64,000 nt of DNA, taken from assembly GCA_045653505.1 (NCBI GenBank), contig JAZOLZ010000007.1:4447-68446 (forward strand). The letters are read 5' to 3'. Shown in pieces: positions 17,062 through 25,677 of this stretch; within the stretch, counting starts at the first letter, position 1; every line of letters starts with the position of its first letter. Below the pieces are notes generated by a model, which ran no database searches, was not told where the DNA came from, and saw only the letters and a list, made by a program, of their open reading frames with translations. This DNA comes from Eubacteriales bacterium (lineage in GTDB: Bacteria > Bacillota > Clostridia > Oscillospirales > CAG-272). Both the position numbers and the translations under genes were made by a program.

Positions 17062-18321
17062 TTATTTTTTATGACCGCACTCGGAGCAGAACTTTGCCTC
17101 GGGTGAATTGGACTTACCGCACTCGGTACAGAACCAAGCGGTATTTATAGGCTTTGCCTTACCGCACTCAGAGCAGAATTTGCCGCCATTTACAGCACCG
17201 CAGGAGCAGGTCCAACTTCCGTTATCTGCCTTTGCCTTACCGCACTCAGAACAGAACTTGCCGCTATTGGTTGCGCCGCAGGAACAGATCCAACCTGTCT
17301 TATCTGCTTTTTCTCTGTCCGACTTCATCTGCTGACGGTTAGTCTCTGACGCGCTCGCCATAAAACTGCCGCCTGCGCCCATGCCCATACCCATACCCAT
17401 AAATGCCTGGGCAGAGCCTTGGCTGTTGGAGCCGGCTGCTTCAAAGCCGCGTGCCATAGCGCCCTGTACGTAGCCCTCACGCACGCTTGCGTCACCGAGC
17501 ATAGCACCCTGATTACGCATATTGATAAGTTGTTTACTCTCATCATCGTAGGAAACAGATGCGATACCCACTGCGAGCACCTCGAAGCCACGCAGATTTT
17601 TCCACGTCTGGTCAAGTTCATCTGCCATATACTTAGAGAGTTCAGGTGACTTTGATGCTACGTAAGAGATACGCACGCCGTCTGCTGACATCTTGTTAAT
17701 TGATGCGCTTATCGCCTCAAGGAACTCGGAAAGATACTGCTCGTTTATTGAGTTAATATCTACTCTGTCCTCGTTTTTGGGAATAGCCTCACTGTAGAAC
17801 TTAATGGGGTCTGTAACCTTTATTGAATAGGTACCGTGAGCGCGCAAGAAAAGTTCTGCATTATAGAAGTTGTCAAAGTAGTTTACAGGAGTACGGGTGC
17901 CAAACTTGATACCCTTTATCTCCTGAAGATTGATGAAGTATGCCTTTTGCTTATACGAGGGCACACCACCGAATTTGACACGCGCAAATGCATCCTTTAA
18001 GGACTGGCCGAACTGACCTGCAAAGAGAGAGGGAGCGGATGAGTTATCTACCTTGTAGTAGCCCTCCTCTGCGGTAAAGTCCACTATCTTACCACCCTCA
18101 ACAAGGAGCATAAACTGATTAGGATATACGTGGATAACCGAGCCGTTTGAAATAGTATCATCTGTACCCTTGACGTTATTGTTGCGTTTGTCATTTGGAC
18201 GTACCTTTACGCCCTTGGTGAATACGGTAGTATCACTCATTTCATAGGCCTCAATAACCTCCTGCCACTGATCTGCAAGAGCACCGCCGATTGCCTGGAA
18301 AGTTGCCTTAATAATTCCCAT
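17062..18321 (-). CDS. SPFH-like (YdjI / virion-core-protein-like) protein with three tandem C-terminal zinc ribbons
   Basis: The N-terminus MGIIKATFQAIGGALADQWQEVIE is typical of the family and paralogous to 36888-38012. The C-terminus repeats WxCSCGAxNxGKFCSECGKAK three times. Confidence 0.7.
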   Translation of the reverse strand: MGIIKATFQAIGGALADQWQEVIEAYEMSDTTVFTKGVKVRPNDKRNNNVKGTDDTISNGSVIHVYPNQFMLLVEGGKIVDFTAEEGYYKVDNSSAPSLFAGQFGQSLKDAFARVKFGGVPSYKQKAYFINLQEIKGIKFGTRTPVNYFDNFYNAELFLRAHGTYSIKVTDPIKFYSEAIPKNEDRVDINSINEQYLSEFLEAISASINKMSADGVRISYVASKSPELSKYMADELDQTWKNLRGFEVLAVGIASVSYDDESKQLINMRNQGAMLGDASVREGYVQGAMARGFEAAGSNSQGSAQAFMGMGMGMGAGGSFMASASETNRQQMKSDREKADKTGWICSCGATNSGKFCSECGKAKADNGSWTCSCGAVNGGKFCSECGKAKPINTAWFCTECGKSNSPEAKFCSECGHKK

Positions 18322-18399
18322 TTTTATTCTCCTTTCGGAACAATATTATTTTATGAAGGGGCTACGCCCCGAGTTTGCTTAAATTCAGTAAATAAGCGT

Positions 18400-19728
18400 T
18401 TAATAGCCGTATTTTTTGCGTTTGAGCAAAAGGCATACGACCGTAACTATGGTAGCAAGCATCTCTGCAACAGCTACCGACATCCATATACCGTCTATAC
18501 CAAGGAATATCGGCAAAATAAGTATTGCCGCAATCTGAAATACGATAGTACGAAGGAAGGATATGATTGCCGACGTGACACCGTCATTAAGCGCGGTGAA
18601 GAATGAAGAGCCGAGAATACCTATGCCAGAGAAAATAAAGCCAAAGGCAAATATTGAAAAACCACGAATGGTAAGGGCTAAAAGATCAGCATCATAGGAT
18701 AGGAATATGTACGAAAGCGGGTACGAGAGCAGCTGTGCAAGAGTAAACATTGCCAAGGAAGCAATACCGATAATAACACCGCTCTTGTTAAGAAGACTTT
18801 TAAGCTCATCCTTATTGCCTGCGCCAAAGTGGTAGCTGACTACCGGGGACAGGCCTACGACAAAGCCTATGAAAGTAGAAATGAAGGTGAAATTGACGTA
18901 CATCATTACACCGTACGCAGCAACACCCGCCTCACCTGCATAAACCATAAGCTGAATGTTGTAAAGCATGCCGACAAGTGACATGGCTACGTTTGCAAGA
19001 AGCTCGGAAACACCGTTGGTACAGGTCTTGAAAAGAGGGTAAAACTCAAGCTGTGTTTGAGTAAGACGCAAAAGGCTTGAGTTGTTGTGTGAAAAATAAG
19101 CTATGGCAAGAATAGCAGCAACAAACTGGCTTAAAATAGTAGCCGCCGCTGCCCCGCCAAGACCTAAGCCAAAAAGACCGACAAAAAGCGCATCAAGAAT
19201 CATATTGGTTACGCCTGAAATAAGCGTAACGCAAAGTCCGAGCTTGGGCTTTTCAGCAGTAACGAAAAGGGTCTGAAACTCAAGCTGTGTCATAAGCGCA
19301 GGCATACCGATAAAGGATATGGTGCCGTAAAGCACACAGTCCTCAAGCAACTGCCCCTCGGCGCCCATAAGCGCCGCAACCGGGCGAACGGTAAGTATAC
19401 CGATAAGAGCTAAAGCCACACCCACGGCAAGTGAGGTATAAACAACTAAAGAAAACGTAGCGTTTGCCTTATCCTTTTGCCCCTCACCAAGATATTTGCC
19501 GATAAGCGCACTACCGCCCGAGCCAAACATAAAGCCAAATGCAGACAATACCGATATGTAAGGAAATATGAAGTTAAGCGCCGTAAATGCTGTGGCACCT
19601 GCGAAGTTTGAAACAAAAATACCGTCCACAACACAATATATCGACGTAAAAACCATCATAATGATGGGAGAAATTGTAAACTTAAGTAGTTTTTTGTAGT
19701 TAAAATGATCTGATAACTGTATCTGCAT
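18400..19728 (-). CDS. MATE-family efflux transporter
   Basis: A 442-aa, roughly 12-TM protein. The N-terminus (FTISPIIMMVFTSIYCVVDGIFVSNFAG) is MATE-like. Confidence 0.8.
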   Translation of the reverse strand: MQIQLSDHFNYKKLLKFTISPIIMMVFTSIYCVVDGIFVSNFAGATAFTALNFIFPYISVLSAFGFMFGSGGSALIGKYLGEGQKDKANATFSLVVYTSLAVGVALALIGILTVRPVAALMGAEGQLLEDCVLYGTISFIGMPALMTQLEFQTLFVTAEKPKLGLCVTLISGVTNMILDALFVGLFGLGLGGAAAATILSQFVAAILAIAYFSHNNSSLLRLTQTQLEFYPLFKTCTNGVSELLANVAMSLVGMLYNIQLMVYAGEAGVAAYGVMMYVNFTFISTFIGFVVGLSPVVSYHFGAGNKDELKSLLNKSGVIIGIASLAMFTLAQLLSYPLSYIFLSYDADLLALTIRGFSIFAFGFIFSGIGILGSSFFTALNDGVTSAIISFLRTIVFQIAAILILPIFLGIDGIWMSVAVAEMLATIVTVVCLLLKRKKYGY

Positions 19729-19805
19729 ATTTTTTCCTTTTGAGAATATTTTAACAACAGATATTTAAAGCCCGCCTCCTTAGGCAGGCTCTAAAAGATG
19801 AGATA

Positions 19806-20126
19806 GTAGTTATCTCAAGTTTTCGCTTCTATTATTAATTTTGAGATAAAACCGTCGTTATTTGACCACTGGCCGTAGTTATCTCAAGTTTTCGCTTTTG
19901 ATGTTAATTTTGAGATAAAATCGGTGATGCTCACACCGCTAGGCGTAGTTACCCTATCGGCTTTCGGTTTTAGTTTTAATTTCGAGATAAATGTTTCGTT
20001 CTTCAACCCGTCAGCCGTAGTTATCTCAAGTTTTCGCTTTTGATGTTAATTTTGAGATAAAATCGGTGATACTCACACCGCTAGGCGTAGTTACCTACGT
20101 CAAGGTGTGAGAGCGCCGATTTTATC
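19806..20126. repeat. tandem array of about 4.6 hairpin-containing units of ~70 nt
   Basis: Units start with GTAGTTA at 19806, 19875, 19945, 20017 and 20087. Units 2 and 4 differ at one base. Each carries tatctcaa...ttgagata inverted repeats. Confidence 0.85.
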
Positions 20127-20132
20127 CAAAAT

Positions 20133-20858
20133 TTAGTTATCCCAGTTGTGGTAAACAGCGTTGACGTCGTCATCCTCATTAAATTTATCAAGCATCTTTT
20201 CCATGTTGTCAATGTCGTCCTGATTTTCAAGGGTGACGTAGGTGGTAGGAACCTTTGCTACGTCTGCGGTGTCTATTTTGTAGCCGAGAGATATTATGGC
20301 ATCACGAACTGCGTCAAGATCGGCAGGGGCGGTGTAAATGTTGTACTCACCCTCATCCGACTGAATGTCCTCAGCACCGCACTCAAGTGCGTCCTCCATA
20401 ATCTTATCCTCGTCTATCTCCTCATCCTCATCGATGATGGTGATAACACCCTTTTCCTCAAACATAAAACTTACACAGCCGCTCTGACCCATATTGCCAC
20501 CGTACTTATTGAACCAAGCGCGCACGTTACCTGCAGTACGGTTACGGTTGTCAGTCGAGGTCTCAACTATAACGGCAACGCCTGAGGGACCGTAGCCCTC
20601 GTAAACTATTTCCTCATAGTTTATATCGCTGTTATCTGTGAACTTTTTGATAGTACGCTGAATGTTATCGTTAGGAACGTTGTTGGCCTTTGCCTTTGCA
20701 ATAAGGTCACGGAGTTTGTTATTGTTGTTGGGGTCCGGGCCGCCCGCCTTGATGGCAATAGCCATCTCCTTACCTATTTTGGTGAAGATTTTTGCCTTTG
20801 CGGCATCGGCTTTTTCCTTTTTATGCTTAATGTTGTTCCATTTTGAATGTCCTGACAT
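20133..20858 (-). CDS. yebC: YebC/PmpR-family transcriptional regulator
   Basis: MSGHSKWNNIKHKKEKADAAKAKIFTK is the invariant YebC start. Confidence 0.95.
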   Translation of the reverse strand: MSGHSKWNNIKHKKEKADAAKAKIFTKIGKEMAIAIKAGGPDPNNNNKLRDLIAKAKANNVPNDNIQRTIKKFTDNSDINYEEIVYEGYGPSGVAVIVETSTDNRNRTAGNVRAWFNKYGGNMGQSGCVSFMFEEKGVITIIDEDEEIDEDKIMEDALECGAEDIQSDEGEYNIYTAPADLDAVRDAIISLGYKIDTADVAKVPTTYVTLENQDDIDNMEKMLDKFNEDDDVNAVYHNWDN

Positions 20859-20879
20859 ATATGTTCTCCTAAGGTTTAA

Positions 20880-22643
20880 TTATATTTTTTCCGGACTTTG
20901 CATACAGATAAGTCCAAGGGCTGTGCCCAAAACTGTTTTGGTTGCGTTTGTAAGAGCAAGACGGTTATCCCTCTCATCTGCGTTATCGCAGGAGAGAATC
21001 TTGCACTCGTGATAGAAGCGGTTAAATGCCGCGCAAAGGTCAAGGATGTAACGGGTTATTACACTCGGCTCATAATCGTCAAGAGACTGCTTAACACGTT
21101 CCGGGAATACGGAGATGGTCTTTGCAAGTTCAAATTCAAGTGAATTAAGTTCCGCCCCACCCATCTTACCAACACTCTTTGCCTTTTCAAGCACTGAGCA
21201 GGTACGCGCATAGGTGTACTGCGCATAGGGGCCTGTGTTACCGTCAAATGAAAGAGCATCCTCCATAATGAAGTTGATATCCCTCATACGGTTGTTGGAC
21301 AGATAGTAGAATATTACAGCGCCAACACCGACTGCCTCTGCAATTCTTTCACACTCAGCCTCATCGGTGTGCTTTTCCTTAGCAATATCCTTTACCCTGC
21401 CTATAGCCTCTTTAAAGAGATCCTTTAAGAGGATAACGTTACCTGTACGTGTAGCAAGTTTTGCACCGTTGATGCTTACAGTACCGTAAGGCACGTGGAC
21501 AAGACCGTCATGCCAATCATATCCCATAAGCTCCACTACCTTAAACCACTGCGCAAAGTGCAAGGACTGCGCGGCACTTGTTACGTAGATAGCCTTATCA
21601 AAGTTATACTCACCCTTGCGATATACTGCCGCAGCGATATCACGTGTGGGATAAAGAGTTGAACCGTCACGTTTAAGGATAAGACAGGCAGGCATACTGT
21701 AATCGGAAAGATCAACTATAGACGCGCCGTCATCTATCTTTAAAAGACCCTTATCCCTGAGTTTTTGCACCTCAGCAGGCATCTTGTCGGTATAGAAGGA
21801 CTCACCCTTGTAGGAGTCAAACTCGATACCGAGCATCTTATAGGTCTTTTCGTACTCCTTAAGGCTTACCGAGACAAACCACTTCCAAAGTTCAAGATTT
21901 TCCTTATCGCCCTTTTCAAGTTTGGTGAATTCAAGACGGGATTTGTCACCAAGGTCGGAATGCTTTTTCTCCTTAGCCTCTGCCTCAGAAAGACCGACAA
22001 CACTCGCCTCTTCTTCATCCTTAATGGCGTTGTTTATCTTGACGTAAAGAGAAACGAGTTCGTCTACCCCGCCCTCTTCAACCTTTTCCTTACTGCCCCA
22101 GAGCTTGTAAGCAACTATAAGTTTACCAAACTGAGTACCCCAGTCACCAAGATAGTTGATGCCCACACACTTGTAGCCCGAAAACTCGTGGATGAGTTTT
22201 AAGGAGTGGCCGATAACGGTTGTACCAAGGTGGCCGATATGGAAGGGCTTTGCCACGTTGGGAGAGGAGTAGTCAAGAACTACTGTCTTGCCCTCACCCT
22301 CCTTCGAGGAGCCGAATTTATCACCCTCTGTAAGCACGTCGTTTACCACACGGCTTGCAAAGGATAAGGGATTAATTTTAAAATTAAGATAGCCGTTTAC
22401 CGCGCTTACAGATGAGAACTCATCACATACGATTTTTTCACTGAGTGCGCTTGCTATCTGTATGGGTGAGCGACGCAAGGTCTTTGAAAGCCTGAAGCAA
22501 GGCAGAGCGATATCGCCCATAGAATTGTCGGGCGGATACTCCAGCATAGAGAAAACCTCACCTTGGCTGAGTGTGGCACCGTCAAAGCATTCACTTACTG
22601 CATCACTGATTATTTTTGCTGTTTTATGTTTAAGTTTAAGCAT
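20880..22643 (-). CDS. argS: arginine--tRNA ligase
   Basis: SSPNVAKPFHIGHL (HIGH motif) and a C-terminal anticodon-binding domain. The ATG at 22643 follows GAGGAAGG. The ORF-track TTG at 22658 is less likely. Confidence 0.95.
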   Translation of the reverse strand: MLKLKHKTAKIISDAVSECFDGATLSQGEVFSMLEYPPDNSMGDIALPCFRLSKTLRRSPIQIASALSEKIVCDEFSSVSAVNGYLNFKINPLSFASRVVNDVLTEGDKFGSSKEGEGKTVVLDYSSPNVAKPFHIGHLGTTVIGHSLKLIHEFSGYKCVGINYLGDWGTQFGKLIVAYKLWGSKEKVEEGGVDELVSLYVKINNAIKDEEEASVVGLSEAEAKEKKHSDLGDKSRLEFTKLEKGDKENLELWKWFVSVSLKEYEKTYKMLGIEFDSYKGESFYTDKMPAEVQKLRDKGLLKIDDGASIVDLSDYSMPACLILKRDGSTLYPTRDIAAAVYRKGEYNFDKAIYVTSAAQSLHFAQWFKVVELMGYDWHDGLVHVPYGTVSINGAKLATRTGNVILLKDLFKEAIGRVKDIAKEKHTDEAECERIAEAVGVGAVIFYYLSNNRMRDINFIMEDALSFDGNTGPYAQYTYARTCSVLEKAKSVGKMGGAELNSLEFELAKTISVFPERVKQSLDDYEPSVITRYILDLCAAFNRFYHECKILSCDNADERDNRLALTNATKTVLGTALGLICMQSPEKI

Positions 22644-22654
22644 TTTTACCTTCC

Positions 22655-23476
22655 TCAAAGAGAATTTTTCATTTTAATGTAGCCTGTGTGCTTTGGGGCG
22701 GAACAACTGAACTTTGCAGAAATAAGAGGCGTTTCATTCATAGAATGCGCAAGAGCAACCTCCACATTTTCATCAACGTAAAATTCGCCATCCCTCTCAG
22801 TCACCGTAATTACAGGCGTAGCCTCTGAACACTCAATCATACCGGTGTATTTATCTATCAGTTCGCTGTCAGGGGCATCATCGGGATAATTAAGACGCAT
22901 AGGTGAAATAAGAAGCGCCTTATAGTTCTTGTCCTTTTGCCATAAGGCAAAGCCCTCAAGAATAGCCGCGGCAACCTGCTCTGGAGTAACATAGGTGGTA
23001 TCAACGATAAGAGAATAATTGCTAAGATCCTTGATATCTACACCGTACTGCTCAAGATAACGCTTTTTCTCACTGGCGCGGCGCTCCTTGGTAGCAATTA
23101 CCGTCTCCTCAAAGGTAGCAGAATGCTCGCCCTTGCGGTTAGCACACATAATGCGTGCGGCACTCGTTTCTATGTCGGTAGAAAGATATACCTTAAAGGT
23201 GCCCTCGGTAAAATACCAGGCAAGGCGAGAATCGATTATAAGAGGCTTGTCCACAAGCGAAAGCGCTTTAAGTCCGTCATCAACCTCGTGATCTATCTCG
23301 GGATGTGTCTCCATATACACGTTAAAGGAAACAACGTCCATACCGTACTTTTCGGCAAGAGAGCGGATTATTGTGCCGACAGAATAATACTCGGCACCAA
23401 GACTGTCCATAAGAAATTTGGCTACGGTGCTTTTACCGCTGCCAAGATCACCTGCAAGTGAAATCTTATCTGTCAT
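22655..23476 (-). CDS. cytidylate-kinase-like P-loop protein with C-terminal extension
   Basis: P-loop GDLGSGKSTVAKFL and a CMP-kinase-like family layout. About 90 extra C-terminal residues of unknown fold. Confidence 0.55.
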   Translation of the reverse strand: MTDKISLAGDLGSGKSTVAKFLMDSLGAEYYSVGTIIRSLAEKYGMDVVSFNVYMETHPEIDHEVDDGLKALSLVDKPLIIDSRLAWYFTEGTFKVYLSTDIETSAARIMCANRKGEHSATFEETVIATKERRASEKKRYLEQYGVDIKDLSNYSLIVDTTYVTPEQVAAAILEGFALWQKDKNYKALLISPMRLNYPDDAPDSELIDKYTGMIECSEATPVITVTERDGEFYVDENVEVALAHSMNETPLISAKFSCSAPKHTGYIKMKNSL

Positions 23477-23654
23477 ACACTACCCCACAATAAAAATATT
23501 TTAACTATAATATTATATAATTATTTTTGCCGCTTGTCAACCGTACTTTTGCAAAAAGACAAATAAAAGAAAAATAACTTTTGCCATTTTCATCTAAGTG
23601 TGAATAAAAAAAGAAATTACAGAAAAAAATAGTAGCACTACTAAATGAAAGGAA

Positions 23655-24350
23655 ATGAAAATGGAACAAAAGTTTAAATTCTCCAAAAGTCCGCTTATCA
23701 GCAAGATAATTTACGGCGCCGTTATCGCAATACTCTGTATTACGGCAATTATCATCGGGCTTGTAGCGGCAAATCAAAAGACAGATGAGGTGCCCGAAAA
23801 CAACAATCCTCCCTTAACCGACCAGACACCCGAAAACAACACCCCTCCCGCAGAGGAGCCGCCCAAGGAAGAAAACACGAAAAAGGAGCTTGTTTTCGTA
23901 TCACCCACAGAGAGCGGAAAAATCATCAAAAACCACTCTGCTACAGTACCCGTATTCTCCCTTACTCTCGGAGAGTGGCGCATACATCACGGAATTGATA
24001 TTATGACAGACCCCGACGTCAGTGTCTTTGCAAGTGAGGAGGGTGAGGTGAGCGCCATTTACAATGACCCAAGATACGGCGTGAGTGTAGAGATAACGCA
24101 CGAGGGTGATATAAAAACGGTGTACTCCAACCTTAAGGATGACCTTAGCGTTAAGGTAGGAGATAAGGTGAAGAAGGGCGATGCTATCGGTACTGTAGGC
24201 GACACTGCTACAAGCGAAATTGCCGAGGAGCCGCACTTGCACTTTGAGGTGCTGGCTAAGGACGTATCGGTGAACCCCCTTGATTATATCAGCGAGGAAA
24301 GTAAACAGACCTCGCTCGGAATTGAAAATCCACCCGATACAGAGGTTTAA
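23655..24350 (+). CDS. M23-family metallopeptidase, membrane anchored
   Basis: HHGIDI ... PHLHFEV are LytM/M23 motifs. There is an N-terminal TM helix and a P/E-rich linker. An alternative ATG lies at 23661. Confidence 0.85.
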   Translation: MKMEQKFKFSKSPLISKIIYGAVIAILCITAIIIGLVAANQKTDEVPENNNPPLTDQTPENNTPPAEEPPKEENTKKELVFVSPTESGKIIKNHSATVPVFSLTLGEWRIHHGIDIMTDPDVSVFASEEGEVSAIYNDPRYGVSVEITHEGDIKTVYSNLKDDLSVKVGDKVKKGDAIGTVGDTATSEIAEEPHLHFEVLAKDVSVNPLDYISEESKQTSLGIENPPDTEV

Positions 24351-24468
24351 TAAAATAAAATGCAAGCGGTCTAAAAGCCACTTGCATTTTTGCGTTTTGT
24401 ATGTTATAATTACTTATCCGTACTCAAGGCTCAAGGTATGGGCCGACGGTGCTTTGGAGGACTTTAAA

Positions 24469-25677
24469 ATGATTAATATAGCCATACTCGGTTTTGGCGT
24501 TGTTGGCGGCGGCGTTGCCGAACTTTTAAGCCGGAACAAAAACGAAATCTTTAAACTAACAGAAAAAGAAATAAATATCAAGTATATTCTCGACCTTAAG
24601 GATTTCCCTGACAGTCCCTTTGGCGACAGAATAGTACACGATTACGATATTATTCTCGGTGACCCTACGGTTGATATTATCGTAGAGACTATGGGCGGCT
24701 CTCACCCCGCTTACGAATATACGGCGGCGGCACTTTCACAGGGCAAGAGCGTGGTTACCTCAAACAAGGAGGTCGTTGCCGCTTTTGGCGAGCAATTTAT
24801 GAACCTTGCCAACGCAAACGGCGTGGTGTACCGCTTTGAGGCGGCAGTAGGCGGCGGAATACCCGTACTCTCACCCATTATCGACTGCTTAAGACACAAC
24901 AGAATAAGCGAAATACGCGGTATCCTCAACGGTACTACAAACTATATCCTCACTAAGATGTTTACCCTTGGCGAAAGTTTTGATAATGCTCTTAAGGACG
25001 CCCAGGCAAAGGGATATGCAGAGGCAAACCCCGCATCCGACGTCAAAGGCATTGATGCCGCAAGAAAAACAGTAATACTCACAGCCCTTATGACGGGCAA
25101 ATTGACAAGCCCCGAAAAACTCTCGACAGAAGGTATTGAAAACATAACGAGAGATGACGTAATTATCGCAGAAAAATTAGGTTACAAAATACGCCTTATC
25201 GGCAGATGCATAAAGCAGCAGGAAAAGATCTATTCTATGGTTGCGCCCTTCCTTGTTCCAAATGATAATATGCTTGCAAACGTAAGCGGCGTGTATAACG
25301 CAATTGAGGTAATAGGCGAGCCGATAGGTAACGTTATGTTCTACGGTCAGGGCGCCGGCGGCGGAGCAACTGCCTCGGCAATCGTTGGCGATATTGTAAA
25401 CGTTATTACACATAAAAGACACTATGCGATACCCGAAATCAAAAAGGCAATGGAAGCCTTTCCGAGTGAGATCGGTGGATTTGTCTGCAGGCATATGTTC
25501 GTTTACAAGGCTAAGTATAAGGAAAAGGTGCTTGAGACCTTTGGTAAGATAGCACTTGAGGAAAACGGCAAGATTGCCGTAATCACAGAGCCGATAAGTG
25601 AGGAAAAGGCAGGCAATATCTGCAATTCACTGCTCTATAATGGCATCTTCCACTTCAGCCACATTCGTATTCTTTAA
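24469..25677 (+). CDS. hom: homoserine dehydrogenase
   Basis: MINIAILGFGVVGGGVAELL (Rossmann fold) and GILNGTTNYILT. The ATG at 24469 follows GGAGG. The upstream ORF extension overlaps the M23 gene. Confidence 0.9.
   Translation: MINIAILGFGVVGGGVAELLSRNKNEIFKLTEKEINIKYILDLKDFPDSPFGDRIVHDYDIILGDPTVDIIVETMGGSHPAYEYTAAALSQGKSVVTSNKEVVAAFGEQFMNLANANGVVYRFEAAVGGGIPVLSPIIDCLRHNRISEIRGILNGTTNYILTKMFTLGESFDNALKDAQAKGYAEANPASDVKGIDAARKTVILTALMTGKLTSPEKLSTEGIENITRDDVIIAEKLGYKIRLIGRCIKQQEKIYSMVAPFLVPNDNMLANVSGVYNAIEVIGEPIGNVMFYGQGAGGGATASAIVGDIVNVITHKRHYAIPEIKKAMEAFPSEIGGFVCRHMFVYKAKYKEKVLETFGKIALEENGKIAVITEPISEEKAGNICNSLLYNGIFHFSHIRIL

Noticed and set aside
19806-20126. Possible CRISPR array (regularly spaced repeats with palindromic cores)
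   Set aside because: The would-be spacers are themselves repeated (units 2 and 4 are near-identical along their full 70 nt). The period of ~70 nt is all repeat, the units diverge gradually like a minisatellite, and no cas genes are nearby.
22644-22700. T-box leader upstream of argS
   Set aside because: argS starts 11 nt after the stop of the upstream cytidylate-kinase-like gene, so there is no room for a T-box. No T-box sequence was seen further upstream at 23477-23654 either.
24280-24468. N-terminal extension of homoserine dehydrogenase (ORF-track start 24280)
   Set aside because: The extension overlaps the end of the M23 peptidase gene and a terminator/promoter region. The Rossmann motif starts right after the Met at 24469, which has a GGAGG RBS.
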